A stretch of DNA of 64,000 nucleotides from Acidobacteriota bacterium (GCA_965205505.1 CBDBHB010000009.1:448001-512000); one strand, 5' to 3'; positions 9,529 to 20,221 are shown, counted from the first letter of the stretch. The notes: generated by a model from the sequence alone, not told the origin. Numbers and translations: made by a program.

Positions 9529-11085
9529 ATGACGGTCGCTCTGTTAGCCGTTTCGTCGATCGTGCTCGCTGCTGTAGCCGCGACGAGCGCGGCGGCCGCG
9601 AGCCCGCAGGAGCAGCGTACACAGCTGGAGCTCCTGCAGCGGATCCAGACCGAATCGACGGGCAACTCGCGACTCATGGATACCGCGAGCTGGCTGGCGG
9701 ATGTGTTCGGGCCGCGGCTCGCCAACTCGCCTTCGTACGACGCCGCTACCGAATGGGCGCGTGATCGCCTCGTGGCCTTCGGGGTGGAGGCATCCGTTGA
9801 GCCCTACGGCGAATTCGGTGTGACCTGGCGCAACGAGTACACCTCGGTGCACATGCTGCAGCCGCGCTACATGTCGGTAATCGCTTACCCCAATACCTGG
9901 TCGTCGGGAATCGGGGGGCGCAGGCGTGCCCGTGCCGTCCACCTAGACTATGAGTCGCTGCGCTCGACTGCCGATCTCGAGCCCTACCGCGGCCGGCTCG
10001 ACGGCACCGTGGTGCTAGTGGCGCCGGTACAACCCATCGAGCTGCAGTTCGAGGCTCCTGCCGAGCGGCTCAGCACCGCGGCAGTCGCCGCCCTCGTTGC
10101 GCCGCGTCTGGAGGGTCCGGAACAGCAGGGAGAAGAGCGCGCCGAGCCGGTTTCCTGGGACTCCTTCGTCGAGTTCGCCTTCGATCAAGGTGCCGTGGCG
10201 CTGGCCGCCCCAGATGGGCGTGAGAGTTACGGCAACGTGCTGGTCAACGAGGTGCCTGGTCGCGCCTGGCTTTCCGAGGCCGAAATTCACCCGCCCTTCC
10301 TGATATTGGCAGCGGAGCACTACAACCGCATGGTGCGCATCCTCGACAAGGGCGTCGAGGTCGAGCTCGAGCTCGACGTGCGTATTGCCGTCGACGAGCT
10401 CTCGCGTCAGGACACCAATGTGATCGCCGAGATTCCGGGTAGCGATCTGGCCGACCAGGTGGTGATGCTCGGGGCGCACCTGGATGCGAACTCGGCCGGA
10501 CAAGGTGCGATCGACAACGCCGGCAGCGCCGCGACGGTCATGGAGGTCATGCGGGTGCTCCGTGCCATCGGGCTGCAGCCGCGACGGACCATTCGCATGG
10601 CTCTGTGGGGCGGCGAGGAGTATGGGCTCGTGGGCTCGCGGCGCTATGTCGAGCAGGCCTTCGGCGGCGTTGCAGGGCTACCAGCAACCGCGGCCCACGA
10701 GCGCTTCGCGATCTACTTCAACAAGGATGGTGGCTCAGGTCGCGTCCGTGGCGTATATCTACAGGAGAATGCCGCGCTGGCACCGCTGGCGGCCGCTTGG
10801 CTCGAGCCGCTGGCGTCGTTCGGGGTCGCCCACATAAGCAACCGCGCTAACTTCAACTCCGATCAGGCCTCATTCGATCGGGCTGGCCTGCCGTCGATAA
10901 TGTTCATCCAGGACCCTCTCGAGCGGCGCGGGTACCACACCAACATGGACACCTTCGATCATCTCCATGAGCCCGACCTGATCCAGTCGGCGATCGTCAT
11001 TGCCAGCCTGGTGGCACAGGCGGCGATGAGCGACAAGGCGGTGCCGCGATCGCTACCGATGACGGCCCGGGGACATCGAGAATGA
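9529..11085 (+). CDS. Secreted M28/M20-clan metallopeptidase
   Basis: GAHLD, GAIDNAGS, WGGEEYGLVGS, SDQASF and YHTNMDT motifs; signal peptide. Confidence 0.85.
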   Translation: MTVALLAVSSIVLAAVAATSAAAASPQEQRTQLELLQRIQTESTGNSRLMDTASWLADVFGPRLANSPSYDAATEWARDRLVAFGVEASVEPYGEFGVTWRNEYTSVHMLQPRYMSVIAYPNTWSSGIGGRRRARAVHLDYESLRSTADLEPYRGRLDGTVVLVAPVQPIELQFEAPAERLSTAAVAALVAPRLEGPEQQGEERAEPVSWDSFVEFAFDQGAVALAAPDGRESYGNVLVNEVPGRAWLSEAEIHPPFLILAAEHYNRMVRILDKGVEVELELDVRIAVDELSRQDTNVIAEIPGSDLADQVVMLGAHLDANSAGQGAIDNAGSAATVMEVMRVLRAIGLQPRRTIRMALWGGEEYGLVGSRRYVEQAFGGVAGLPATAAHERFAIYFNKDGGSGRVRGVYLQENAALAPLAAAWLEPLASFGVAHISNRANFNSDQASFDRAGLPSIMFIQDPLERRGYHTNMDTFDHLHEPDLIQSAIVIASLVAQAAMSDKAVPRSLPMTARGHRE

Positions 11086-12083
11086 GGGCGCGGCGCCGTT
11101 CGCGGGCTTTCGCCGCGCTGGCCGTCGTTGCGCTGACGGCCACAACGGCCGGCTGCGCCGACCGTGATGCCTCGCTGATTCTCAAGGTGGCGCACAACGG
11201 TAGCCCCGAGCACCCGTATCAGGCAGGTTTCGAGCACTTCAAGGAGATCGTCGAGCGTGACACCGACGGCGCCGTCCAGGTGCAGATCTTCGAGAATGGT
11301 CAGCTTGGCACCGAGGAGGAGGCCAGCCTCATGGTCAAGCTGGGGGCGCTGGCGTCGTCGGCTGCCAGCGCTGGCGCCGGGCTCGGTCCGTTCGTGTCGG
11401 AGGCCGAGGCGTTCAACTTGCCGTTCATTTTTCGTGACCTGGATCACTTCTACCGTGTGCTCGACGGCTCACCCGGCGAGCGTGTCGCCCGGGCCACGGA
11501 GGAAAAGCTCGATGCGATGGTGCTCGGCTGGTGGTTCTCGGGCGTGCGCAACATGTGGAACGCCACGCGTCCGGTGCTGACCCCGGAGGATCTGCGCGGC
11601 CTGAAGATCCGCGTCATGGGAACGCCGGTGCTGGTAGAGGCTTTTGACGCTCTCGGCGCCCAGGCGACGCCGATGTCCTTCGGCGAGCTCTATTCGGCGC
11701 TCGAGCAGGGTGTCGTGGATGGCGCTGAGACCGATCACGTAGACCTTCTGTACGAGCGCTTCTACGAGGTCACGCGCTATGTCTCCAATACGGCGCACAT
11801 GTATCTCGCCGCCGGCATGATCTTCAGTCGCAAGGTCTACGATCGCCTGCCCCCAGATGTACAACAGGTGGTGCTGCGCGCCGGCCGTGAAGCCTCTATC
11901 GCCCAACGCCGGGCCATGGAGACTGCTACCCGGGAGGCACTCGCCGACCTCGAGCGAACTGGAGACCTGGAGTTCTTCGAAGTTGATCGCAGCCTGTTTC
12001 AGGCTCGCGTGCGCGACGTCTATCGCAACGCCGCTGACAAGGTCGGCGGCACCGAGGTCATCGATGAGATCGTCGGCTACTGA
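11082..12083 (+). CDS. dctP: TRAP transporter solute-binding protein
   Basis: GQLG.EE, DLRGLKIRV and ELYSALEQGVVDG motifs; lipobox-like AGC. Confidence 0.9.
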   Translation: MRARRRSRAFAALAVVALTATTAGCADRDASLILKVAHNGSPEHPYQAGFEHFKEIVERDTDGAVQVQIFENGQLGTEEEASLMVKLGALASSAASAGAGLGPFVSEAEAFNLPFIFRDLDHFYRVLDGSPGERVARATEEKLDAMVLGWWFSGVRNMWNATRPVLTPEDLRGLKIRVMGTPVLVEAFDALGAQATPMSFGELYSALEQGVVDGAETDHVDLLYERFYEVTRYVSNTAHMYLAAGMIFSRKVYDRLPPDVQQVVLRAGREASIAQRRAMETATREALADLERTGDLEFFEVDRSLFQARVRDVYRNAADKVGGTEVIDEIVGY

Positions 12084-12561
12084 TCTTCGCGGCAAGCCGC
12101 TCGAGCTGGTGCTGTGCGTGCTGCTGATCGCCATGGTTGGCGTGACGTTCTCCCAGGTGCTCTTCCGCTATGTGTTTCAGCTGTCGCTGGCATGGTCCGA
12201 GGAGCTGGCGCGCTTCCTGCTCTTGTGGGTCGGCTCGCTCAGCGCTGCCTACGCCTTCAAGACACGCTCACACTTCGCGCTCACTTTCGCCGTTCAGCGC
12301 GTCCCCCCCGGCCCCCGGAAACAGCTGGCGCGGCTGGTCACCGCGCTGGTCGCGGTGCTGCTTGCCGTGTTCGCTTGGCAGGCGTTTTGGTTCACGCTCG
12401 AGGTGCGGACGATGGTTGCTCCAGCCACCGGAGTGTCGATGTCCATCCCCTATTCGTCGGCCTTCGTCGGCAGCCTGCTCATGCTCTACTACATCCTGCG
12501 ACAGGCCTGGCGCGGTGATGACGACGAGCCCGCCGAGCACACACTCACCACGGCGTCCTAG
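12064..12561 (+). CDS. dctQ: TRAP transporter small permease
   Basis: QVLFRYVF...WSEELARF, four TM helices, located between dctP and dctM. Confidence 0.9.
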   Translation: MRSSATDLRGKPLELVLCVLLIAMVGVTFSQVLFRYVFQLSLAWSEELARFLLLWVGSLSAAYAFKTRSHFALTFAVQRVPPGPRKQLARLVTALVAVLLAVFAWQAFWFTLEVRTMVAPATGVSMSIPYSSAFVGSLLMLYYILRQAWRGDDDEPAEHTLTTAS

Positions 12562-12564
12562 CAG

Positions 12565-13845
12565 ATGGGCCTGGTCGTCGCACTCGTCTTCGTGATCGCG
12601 CTCTTGGTGTCGGTGCCCGTCGGGCTGGCGCTGGCGATGGCCGGAATGGCCGGGCTGCTCTACAGCTCGCCAGAGTTCCTGATCGTCATGCCGCAGAAGT
12701 ATCTCGCCGGTCTGGACTCATTCCCGTTGCTGGCGATACCGCTTTTCGTGCTTGCCGGATCGTTGTTGTCGAAGGGTGGGATGGCACGGCGCATCGTCGA
12801 CATGGCGCTCGTATTCGTCGGCCGCATTCCCGGCGGGCTGGGGCTGGTGGTGATCCTCTCGGCGATGGTGTTCTCGGGGATCTCCGGATCGCCCAGCGCC
12901 AACACCGCCGCGGTCGGGTCGGTGGCGTTGCCGGCGATGAAGCGCAAGCGCTACCCGGTCGAGTTCGCCACCGCCATCTTCGCTGCGGCAGGGGGGGTCT
13001 CGACGCTGGTGCCGCCGGCGATCGATCTGATCATCATCGGTGTGGTCGCCGGGATCTCGATCGGTGCGCTGTTCGCCGCCGGGGTCCTACCGGCTGTGGT
13101 GCTGGGGATCGCCATCATGACGCTTACATATATCAATGCGCTTCGCCTCGAGCTGCCGATCGAGCCCAAGATGCCTTGGCGCGACAAGCTGAAGGTGATT
13201 GGCGACGGGCTGCTGCCGCTAATGATGATCGTCATCATTCTCGGCGGCATATACGGCGGCGTGTTCACGCCGACCGAGGCTTCGGCGGTGGCCGTGGTCT
13301 ACGGCTTCGTGGTGTCGTTCTTCGTGTACCGCGAGCTAAAGCTGGCCGACCTGCCGGACGTACTGTTGGGCACCGCATCCTTGACGGGCGTCGTAATGCT
13401 CGTGCTCGCTTCGGCCTCGGTCTTTTCGTTCGTGCTCACGTTCGAGCGCATTCCCCACCAGCTCGCAGAATGGATCACCAGCACGGCGCCGAACTGGCTG
13501 GTGTTCATGCTCTTCGTGCACGTCGTGTTCATCGTGCTCGGGATGGTGATGGATGCGCTGCCGCCGATCATCATTCTGATGCCGATCCTGGTACCCGTCG
13601 CCGTGTTGCTCGGGATGGACCCGATACACTTTTCGATCCTGGTGGCCGCCAACGTCGGCATCGGCATGGTTTCGCCCCCGGTCGGGATCTGCCTGTTTGT
13701 GGCCTGCGGCATTGCCGGCACGTCCATCGAGGCGGTGACGCCGCGGCTGGTGCCCTACTTGCTCGTGTTGCTGGCCGGCCTGCTGCTGTTGACGCTATTT
13801 CCCGCCATCACCTTGTTCGTCCCGCGGCTGCTGGGTTATGCGTAG
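12565..13845 (+). CDS. dctM: TRAP transporter large permease
   Basis: LLAIPLFVLAG, ISGS, GGVFTPTEA and SPPVG motifs. Confidence 0.9.
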   Translation: MGLVVALVFVIALLVSVPVGLALAMAGMAGLLYSSPEFLIVMPQKYLAGLDSFPLLAIPLFVLAGSLLSKGGMARRIVDMALVFVGRIPGGLGLVVILSAMVFSGISGSPSANTAAVGSVALPAMKRKRYPVEFATAIFAAAGGVSTLVPPAIDLIIIGVVAGISIGALFAAGVLPAVVLGIAIMTLTYINALRLELPIEPKMPWRDKLKVIGDGLLPLMMIVIILGGIYGGVFTPTEASAVAVVYGFVVSFFVYRELKLADLPDVLLGTASLTGVVMLVLASASVFSFVLTFERIPHQLAEWITSTAPNWLVFMLFVHVVFIVLGMVMDALPPIIILMPILVPVAVLLGMDPIHFSILVAANVGIGMVSPPVGICLFVACGIAGTSIEAVTPRLVPYLLVLLAGLLLLTLFPAITLFVPRLLGYA

Positions 13846-14743
13846 TCAGATGCGGCTCCTCGGCGTGCTCGCTGCTGTTGTCCTGGTTGGCTGCGGTAGT
13901 GCGGCGGACGAGGCGTCGAGTGGCGAAGTGCCGCCGCCGGCCGGCGTGTCCGGCGAGCCGTCCGGCCCGGACCTCTCATTGCACGAGGTGCGCGATGACG
14001 CGCTGCGCGCCTTCTTCGCCGAGCAGATCACTGTCTTTGGCGTGCCCATCGTGGGGACGGAAGACCTTGCGGACGACAAGATCCGGCACGCCGCGCACGT
14101 CATGGCGCAGTACCTCGACAACGACGAGGACGGTTCGGTCGATGACCCGGCGGTGCTCGATGCGATGCTGGAGCGCGACGCGCTGTTAGTGATGTTCGCC
14201 GACTTCGACGACCTCGAGGAGTCGGGTCTGTTCGAAGCCGATGGGATTCGTGATCGCTACGAGATGCAGGATCTCGAGGGCCACGAGACCATCACGCCGA
14301 CCGATCGTGCGGAAGGAGACGTCGGCGACCGCTTCGACGCCGCGATCGAGGAGGTCTGGCATCTGGTCAGCTTCGCTGGATACGCGGTCGCCTATCCCGA
14401 TGCCTTCGGCCCGGATCCCGGCTCTCGCCTGGCCAACGCCATGGACCTGGCGCGCGGCGGGCAGTTCATGGAGATTCAGGATCCGTATCCAAGCGGTGCC
14501 TGGTATACCTACGACGACGAGACCTGCGACTACGGTTGCATGGCGATCGAGTATGTCTATTGGGCGCTGTCGACGCAGCTGGGAGCGCAGGCGGATGCGG
14601 ACCGCTGCGCCCGGATCTCGCACGAGTGGCGCCCCTGCACCGCCGAGCAGCTCACCGAGATCGACCCGGCGGTAGCGGCTCTACTCACCGATCCGCAATA
14701 CTCCATTCCGACCCGCCTGCCCGACGGAAGCTACGGCGAATAG
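13838..14743 (+). CDS. Acidic lipoprotein, putative zinc metalloprotease-like
   Basis: Lipobox LVGC, EEVWHLV motif, downstream EYVYW; overlaps the dctM stop. Confidence 0.55.
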   Translation: MRSQMRLLGVLAAVVLVGCGSAADEASSGEVPPPAGVSGEPSGPDLSLHEVRDDALRAFFAEQITVFGVPIVGTEDLADDKIRHAAHVMAQYLDNDEDGSVDDPAVLDAMLERDALLVMFADFDDLEESGLFEADGIRDRYEMQDLEGHETITPTDRAEGDVGDRFDAAIEEVWHLVSFAGYAVAYPDAFGPDPGSRLANAMDLARGGQFMEIQDPYPSGAWYTYDDETCDYGCMAIEYVYWALSTQLGAQADADRCARISHEWRPCTAEQLTEIDPAVAALLTDPQYSIPTRLPDGSYGE

Positions 14744-14806
14744 TCGAGAATCTCGAAGATCAGTCGGGATCGGTCGGCGGAGACAGAAAGTCCGCTAGCA
14801 GGCCTC

Positions 14807-15156
14807 TATAAGCAGGCCGGTCAAGTGATACAGCACTCCCCTGAGTGCGTGAAGGTTCATTTGACCGGTGGCATCCGGTCCTCGCGGCACATCGGTGCGG
14901 ACAATCATCCGATCATCGCGCGGGCGCTGGAGCTGTGGCTGAACAGGTTCCCCGATCTGAGCGACTACCTCGGCGGAGACAGAAAAGCAGGCTATAAGCA
15001 GGCCGGTCAAGTGATACAGCACTCCCCTGAGTGCGTGAAGGTTCATTTGACCGGTGGCATCCGGTCCTCGCGGCACATCGGTGCGGACAATCATCCGATC
15101 ATCGCGCGGGCGCTGGAGCTGTGGCTGAACAGGTTCCCCGATCTGAGCGACTACCT
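14807..15156 (+). repeat. Tandem duplication with 186-bp period
   Basis: ctataagcaggccggtcaagtg...gcgactacct occurs twice (about 14807-14970 and 14993-15156), essentially identical. Confidence 0.9.
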
Positions 15157-15763
15157 GCTGACGCTGGAGATGGACCGCTGGAACCACGAAACGGTCAGTT
15201 GGTTCCAACCGGGCGTCTCGCCGCAGACCTACATCAGCCAGATGATCGGAGGCATGGCTGACTTGCACGTCCTACCGGCGATCGCCAGGGTGCAGGACGT
15301 ATTCGAGATCCTGACGAACGGCCCCGGGACGACGCACACGCGCGGTGAGGACGCGCTGGGCTTCGAGGTCCTGGCGCAGCTCCGGACGAACGGCCTAGCC
15401 GATATCCACACGCCGAGCGCCCACTTCTACGCCGACAAGGGCTGGAAGAAGCTCGACCGCCGGATGGCCGAAGTAGAGCGCCGCTTTCGCGAAATGGGAT
15501 GGGATCGCGCCTTCGCGTCCGAGACCGGCTGTCACGGGCACTACGTCCAGGGCCTCGATGGCTTCAGGTGGCCGTGGCAGTCGACGCCACCGCCGAGCGA
15601 TCAGGTGCAGGTCGATCGCACCGGTTATCTCAAAGCCCGGCTAGACCTGTCGACCTTCTGGACCGAGAGCTACTGGTTCCAGATCACCGAGGACACGCCG
15701 GCGTGGTTCGGCATCTTTGCTAGCGATTGGCGGCTCAAGCCAGTATCGGAGTTCTGGGCATGA
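14825..15763 (+). CDS. Glycoside-hydrolase-like (TIM barrel) C-terminal fragment with internal duplication
   Basis: HFY...FASETG...YWFQ..D...FGIF..D..LKP resembles a clan GH-A C-terminus. The N-terminus is missing. Confidence 0.4.
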   Translation: MIQHSPECVKVHLTGGIRSSRHIGADNHPIIARALELWLNRFPDLSDYLGGDRKAGYKQAGQVIQHSPECVKVHLTGGIRSSRHIGADNHPIIARALELWLNRFPDLSDYLLTLEMDRWNHETVSWFQPGVSPQTYISQMIGGMADLHVLPAIARVQDVFEILTNGPGTTHTRGEDALGFEVLAQLRTNGLADIHTPSAHFYADKGWKKLDRRMAEVERRFREMGWDRAFASETGCHGHYVQGLDGFRWPWQSTPPPSDQVQVDRTGYLKARLDLSTFWTESYWFQITEDTPAWFGIFASDWRLKPVSEFWA

Positions 15764-15834
15764 ACGACCGAATTGTCGTGCCATCAAACGCTGGTAGCAC
15801 AGATAGCGAAATCAACAAGGGGAGGGCAGTAGCA

Positions 15835-16096
15835 TGAGTTTCGACCGCGCAAGAAAGCTCAGCTCACACCGGATCAACTCGACGTCGGCGAGGCAATCGA
15901 CAGGATCTACGAGATCGGCAGGGAGAACCTTGCCGATGGCTTCCAGTTCGAGGACATCGCCAGGGTACCGGAGCTAGCCGGAGCGCTCACGGGCGTCATG
16001 GCGGCTATACGGCGCCAGGCCGGGGGTGTCGCCATCGGCAACCTGCTGGTCGGCGCCGGCGCCGGATTCTTCAACGACAACGTTGAGGAGCTCTGA
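15835..16096 (+). pseudogene. Small hypothetical protein with a frameshift near its 5' end
   Basis: RBS (gggagg) then ATG; shifted frame reads AQLTPDQLDVGEAIDRIYEIG...FFNDNVEEL-stop. Confidence 0.35.
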
Positions 16097-16175
16097 GATC
16101 GGCGAGCCTCATTATCCCGCCTTTCTCCGCTTTCCCGCGGGGACGCGCCGTAGCCGCCGAAGCCTCGCTGGCTAC

Positions 16176-16781
16176 CTAGTCCAGGATGTTATTCGTCGCC
16201 GTTCTAGGCCCGCTCGGTCGCTCGGCCCCATTGCCAGTTTCCGTGCCCTCGCCGTCCCTCGAGGCGGCCTCCTCCGGCGCTGCTTGATCTTCGTTCTCCA
16301 ACGGAATCGGACCCCCGCTATCCAGGGGCTCGAAGTCAGCGGAGTCAGAACTCCCATCGGCACGTTGTCCTGTGCCCATCCAGGCGTAGACAGCGCCCAG
16401 GATTGCGCCGTAGACCAGATGACCCATGAGGCTGGGCATCATGTTTCCGGCGGCCTCTAGGTTCCAGTTGACACCCATGCCCATTCCCATGAACAAGGGC
16501 ATGAGCGTGAGCGGGCCCAACAACCACCAGATCACGCCGTAGCCGAGTCCATACCCCAAGCCGTTTCCCATCCCGCTCACCATCGAGCCCAAGACGATGC
16601 CAAACGCGGCTCCGATGATGGCACTGTTGACCATGTGGAGGAGAAAGCCTGCGAAAGCCGATGGAGACCCCACCATGCTGCCGATCATCGGTAGCATCCC
16701 CATCATTCCCATCATGGCTCCGAACACCACGCCTCCGGCCAGGCCGCCGTAGATGCCCTTCTTGATGCTGTCTGCGTTCAT
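16176..16781 (-). CDS. Gly/Met-rich membrane protein (4-5 TM)
   Basis: Strong RBS gggagg; GGLAGGVVFG, LHM.NS.IIG and SLMGHLVYG motifs. The polar tail may be read-through after a frameshift. Confidence 0.7.
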   Translation of the reverse strand: MNADSIKKGIYGGLAGGVVFGAMMGMMGMLPMIGSMVGSPSAFAGFLLHMVNSAIIGAAFGIVLGSMVSGMGNGLGYGLGYGVIWWLLGPLTLMPLFMGMGMGVNWNLEAAGNMMPSLMGHLVYGAILGAVYAWMGTGQRADGSSDSADFEPLDSGGPIPLENEDQAAPEEAASRDGEGTETGNGAERPSGPRTATNNILD

Positions 16782-16871
16782 CCGAAGCACCTCCCTTGGA
16801 TGGTTGATTAACAGCCGGCGGATCCCGTCGCCCGTGAGAGTCGTCCAAAGACCCCACGAACAAGCGAAGCT

Positions 16872-16972
16872 CCCCAGCGCGGGACTCTCGCCGGTAGGGG
16901 CCTCCCTCTGACGGTCCCATTGCTGCCCGCTAGCGGCGGTTGGTACCGCTACGCTCGTCCCGCGCCGAGAGG
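16872..16972 (-). repeat. Repeat A copy 1: 100-nt rod-like hairpin element
   Basis: Homologous to 22113-22215. Outer 14-bp stem on the minus strand with G-U pairs. Confidence 0.75.
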
Positions 16973-16984
16973 CCACCAATAATT

Positions 16985-17869
16985 TTAGACCCCTAGCGCC
17001 CCGACCGGATAGTGCCTAGCGAACTTCGACGTCGTCGCGATGTTTCTGGGGCTGTGGCGGGTGACCCGATTGTCGTCTCCGGCAGGCGTTTGTTGGGGAG
17101 TTGCGTAGTGCCGCAATCGTGCGGCTGCGATGATCGGCAGGTAGGGCAAGACAGATTCGTCGAGTATTCCCTCGTATATAAACGGCAATACGCCCCAAGT
17201 CGACAGGAGATCGAGAGAGGACAGGACCACCCACAGACCCGACGCCACTGCCATTGTGGCGTAGATGTTTCTCCAACGAATGCTCCCGCAGTTTCTGCTG
17301 AGGTACGCGAAAGTTCCAGCGGCCACGCCATCGAGAGAGACGTACATGAGTAGATTCGGCACGTAGGATTCAGCACCGCGGACGACCGTTATCTGAATGA
17401 GAAAAACGTAGGCTACTGATCCCAGTACGAAGACAAGGCTTGCGGTGGACGTAGTCCAATACCGTGTGTTCCCGCGGCTCCATCCGGGCTTTAGGTAAGG
17501 GTTCGCTGAAACAGCCAAGAGAACCGCTACGTAATACAGCAAAGCCAGAAGTCCCTCGCGGATCTGGAGCTGGATTGCCTCAGCATCGGGCGCGGGGAGA
17601 TACAAGATCTCGATTACTAGGAAGGCCGCGACCCCACAGGCGATCAATAACCAAAACCTTCGTTCCTCTGGGTGCTTGATCTGTCTCACTCCGTACAGAA
17701 GTGCCCAGACTGCGAGGGCGGCAAAAATGAAATCGAGGTAGTCACCGAGGCTGGCCAGCTGCCAGCTCGACAGCAAGGAGATCCCGCACACCAGAACGAG
17801 GCCGGTGTAGAGCAGGCCCGTCGTTCTGATTATTGGGTCGGCCTTGAGAAAGGCCCACACGTCACGCAT
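16985..17869 (-). CDS. Multi-pass membrane protein, possibly a truncated sensor input domain
   Basis: About 8 hydrophobic segments, lower GC than the flanks; C-terminus runs into repeat B. Confidence 0.55.
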   Translation of the reverse strand: MRDVWAFLKADPIIRTTGLLYTGLVLVCGISLLSSWQLASLGDYLDFIFAALAVWALLYGVRQIKHPEERRFWLLIACGVAAFLVIEILYLPAPDAEAIQLQIREGLLALLYYVAVLLAVSANPYLKPGWSRGNTRYWTTSTASLVFVLGSVAYVFLIQITVVRGAESYVPNLLMYVSLDGVAAGTFAYLSRNCGSIRWRNIYATMAVASGLWVVLSSLDLLSTWGVLPFIYEGILDESVLPYLPIIAAARLRHYATPQQTPAGDDNRVTRHSPRNIATTSKFARHYPVGALGV

Positions 17870-18006
17870 TCGAGCTCTCGGTTCGAGGTGGCCGAGTAAT
17901 AGAAAGCACGATAGCCGACGACCGCGCAACGCCTCGGTAGAGCCTGGCGACCTTCGACTTTTCGCCGCGATGTTCCTGGGGCTGAGGCGCGCTGTTGGCG
18001 GTTCCT

Positions 18007-18375
18007 CTACCTCCGCCTCCGCGCCGCCGCTGTATCCTCAATCGCCCGCCGCCCCTCAGCCGGCGTCACATCAGCCCCGCGCAGATGCGCGTCCATCAGA
18101 TCAGCGATCCAGCGCCGCAGCAGTTCCCGCCGGATGGTCTTCGCCTTGGTCTTCGTCGGCGCCAGGATCTCTGCGATAGCACCTAGCGAAGCGCGATCTG
18201 GCGGGAGATACCGACCGCACCGGTAGCCGCTCATGGTGCCCTGCGTGATGCCGAGATCGGTGGCGATTGTGCGCATGGAGGAGGGGTGCTCATCAATGAG
18301 CTCGCCGAGGTAGGAGCCGAACTGCAGGAGGGGGTAGGCGAGGGGGCGGGCGAAGGTGCTGCTGCGGCCTCTCAC
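18007..18375 (-). CDS. XRE-like HTH transcriptional regulator
   Basis: FGSYLGELI...SMRTIATDLGITQGTMSGYRCGRYLP HTH signature. Confidence 0.7.
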   Translation of the reverse strand: MRGRSSTFARPLAYPLLQFGSYLGELIDEHPSSMRTIATDLGITQGTMSGYRCGRYLPPDRASLGAIAEILAPTKTKAKTIRRELLRRWIADLMDAHLRGADVTPAEGRRAIEDTAAARRRR

Positions 18376-18381
18376 TAGAGC

Positions 18382-18537
18382 CTACGGGCCGGCCTGTTCG
18401 CCGACGTTGTCAGCAATCCGTTCGACTGCCTTGACGAGGCGCGCGGCTAGCCCCATTAGGTAGATGAATAGGGCGATCCAGATCAGCCCGAACAGCAAAG
18501 GGAACAGTCCCATCGCAGCCATCGGCATGTCCATCAT
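18382..18537 (-). CDS. Small single-TM protein
   Basis: MMDMPMAAMG, a TM segment, then ARLVKAVERIAD. Confidence 0.55.
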   Translation of the reverse strand: MMDMPMAAMGLFPLLFGLIWIALFIYLMGLAARLVKAVERIADNVGEQAGP

Positions 18538-19086
18538 GTTGCTACCCCCGTCGGCGGTGCACCGCAAAGGCTGCTCAGCCTAGCGGAATAGATCGGCTCT
18601 CACCACGTGAGTGCGCGCTGTCGGGCGATTTGCGAGGGGAGGCCGCGACCGCTCTTCCGAAGGGTGTCGGAGCCGACTGGTAGAATCCGGTGAGGCGTTC
18701 CGAGCATGCAAGACGACGGGAGGCAAGTTGGCGAAGAACAATGAGAACATCGAGGAAGGTGGCGTCGAAAGCCGGCAGGAACTTGCGCGATCCGAAGAAC
18801 ACGAAGGCACAGCGGAGCGTCGACCGAAGAGTACAAAGGCACAGCGGAGGGTCGCGGCGTCAGCGCTGACACAGACGCACGACCGCAAGAAGAGTCGTTC
18901 GTGTTCGGGGGGCGCTCTTGCTTTTGGTCCGCTTCGTCGTCGGTCACGTAGCTATTCGTGCTCCCGGGCAGAGGACTCGGTAGGTGGTCGGGGTCATGGG
19001 CTTTTGCCGGCTTTGGGTCGCAGGCCGGCCAGGCGCTTAGCTGTCAGTTTCAAGTACTTGGACCCACTACTGCACTCCGGGAGAGA

Positions 19087-20221
19087 TCATTTCGCGGTAG
19101 CAGACACCGCGCTCGATGGGTTGGAAACGCCGGCGTTGCTCAGTGCGCGCACGCGAAAAGTATAGGTCTCGCCGGCCTCGAGGTCCTCGACCAGGTACTT
19201 CTTGACGTTCTTGCCAGTCTCCGTAACGGCCTCGAAGTCCCCGTCGCCGGCGGCCATCTCCACCCGATAGCCGGTCTCGCTCTTGGCGGTGTCCTTCCAG
19301 CGAAGCAGCACGCGTTGGTTCGAGCGCGTCTTGGCCCGCAGCTTGCTCGGCGGCGCCGCACCGGGATCCGCGCTGCCCGAGTAGCAACCGAGGATGTAGG
19401 GGAAGTCCTCGGTGGCGTGATAGTGGTAGTCGCTCTGGGGTCCCTCATGCCCGTTGCATTGATCGAGGTACTTGTCTTGCTTGCGCGCGACGTACTTGTG
19501 GTTGTCCCAGGCGAACGTCGATGGGTTGCCGGTCCGCTTCCAGGCGCTCTTATACTCGATGACCTTCGAGCAGTCCGCGTCGCTGCATCCGAACGGACCG
19601 TAGATCGGGAACCCGTCGTTCGCATAACCGATCACCGGGGAAGCATCAGTACGCCCGATAATACCCTCGGTCGGGCACGCGGCCAGCATGGCGTGGTAGT
19701 GATAGGCGCCGTCCTCTGCAGTGTGTCCCAGGCAATCGTCGAGAAGGTCGTTGAACACCGGATCGCCGAACGGATCAGGCTGAGGCCCCTCGTTGGGGCC
19801 AAAGATCGGGATGCCGTTGACCGCGAAGGCGACGGTGTCCAGCAGCGGAATCTCGGTCGTCTCGCCCGCCAGCGCCGGATACAGCGGCACTTTGAACGTG
19901 TGGTCCTGTGCCCGCAGGTCGTTGGGCGTAGTCTGCACGAACTCGTAGTTCGGGATGCCGTTGCTCCTCACGGTGAGGTACTTCGAGTTGCACGAGACCT
20001 GCACCGAGGGGTCCGGGTAAGCAGCGTTCGCGGGATCGGCGCTGACCTCCGGGAAGTTGCTGGTCGGGCAATCGCCAGCGGCTGGCGCGGCGGCGCCTCC
20101 CACAGCCGGCTTTGGCGGCGATGCCGGCGCAGAAACGGCCCCCGCGGGGCCCCGTCACCCATCCGTGGATCAAGATCCCGAGCGTGGCGGCGATCCCTGA
20201 AACGCTGCGAAGCGCGGTCAT
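19087..20221 (-). CDS. Secreted YHYH-domain protein with C-terminal fibronectin type III domain (frameshift near 20140-20155)
   Basis: SNGIP, AVNGIPIFGP, YHYH twice, DGFPIYG, LDQCNGH; FN3 W.D...ETGYRVE...YTFRVRA. The signal peptide is in another frame. Confidence 0.8.
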
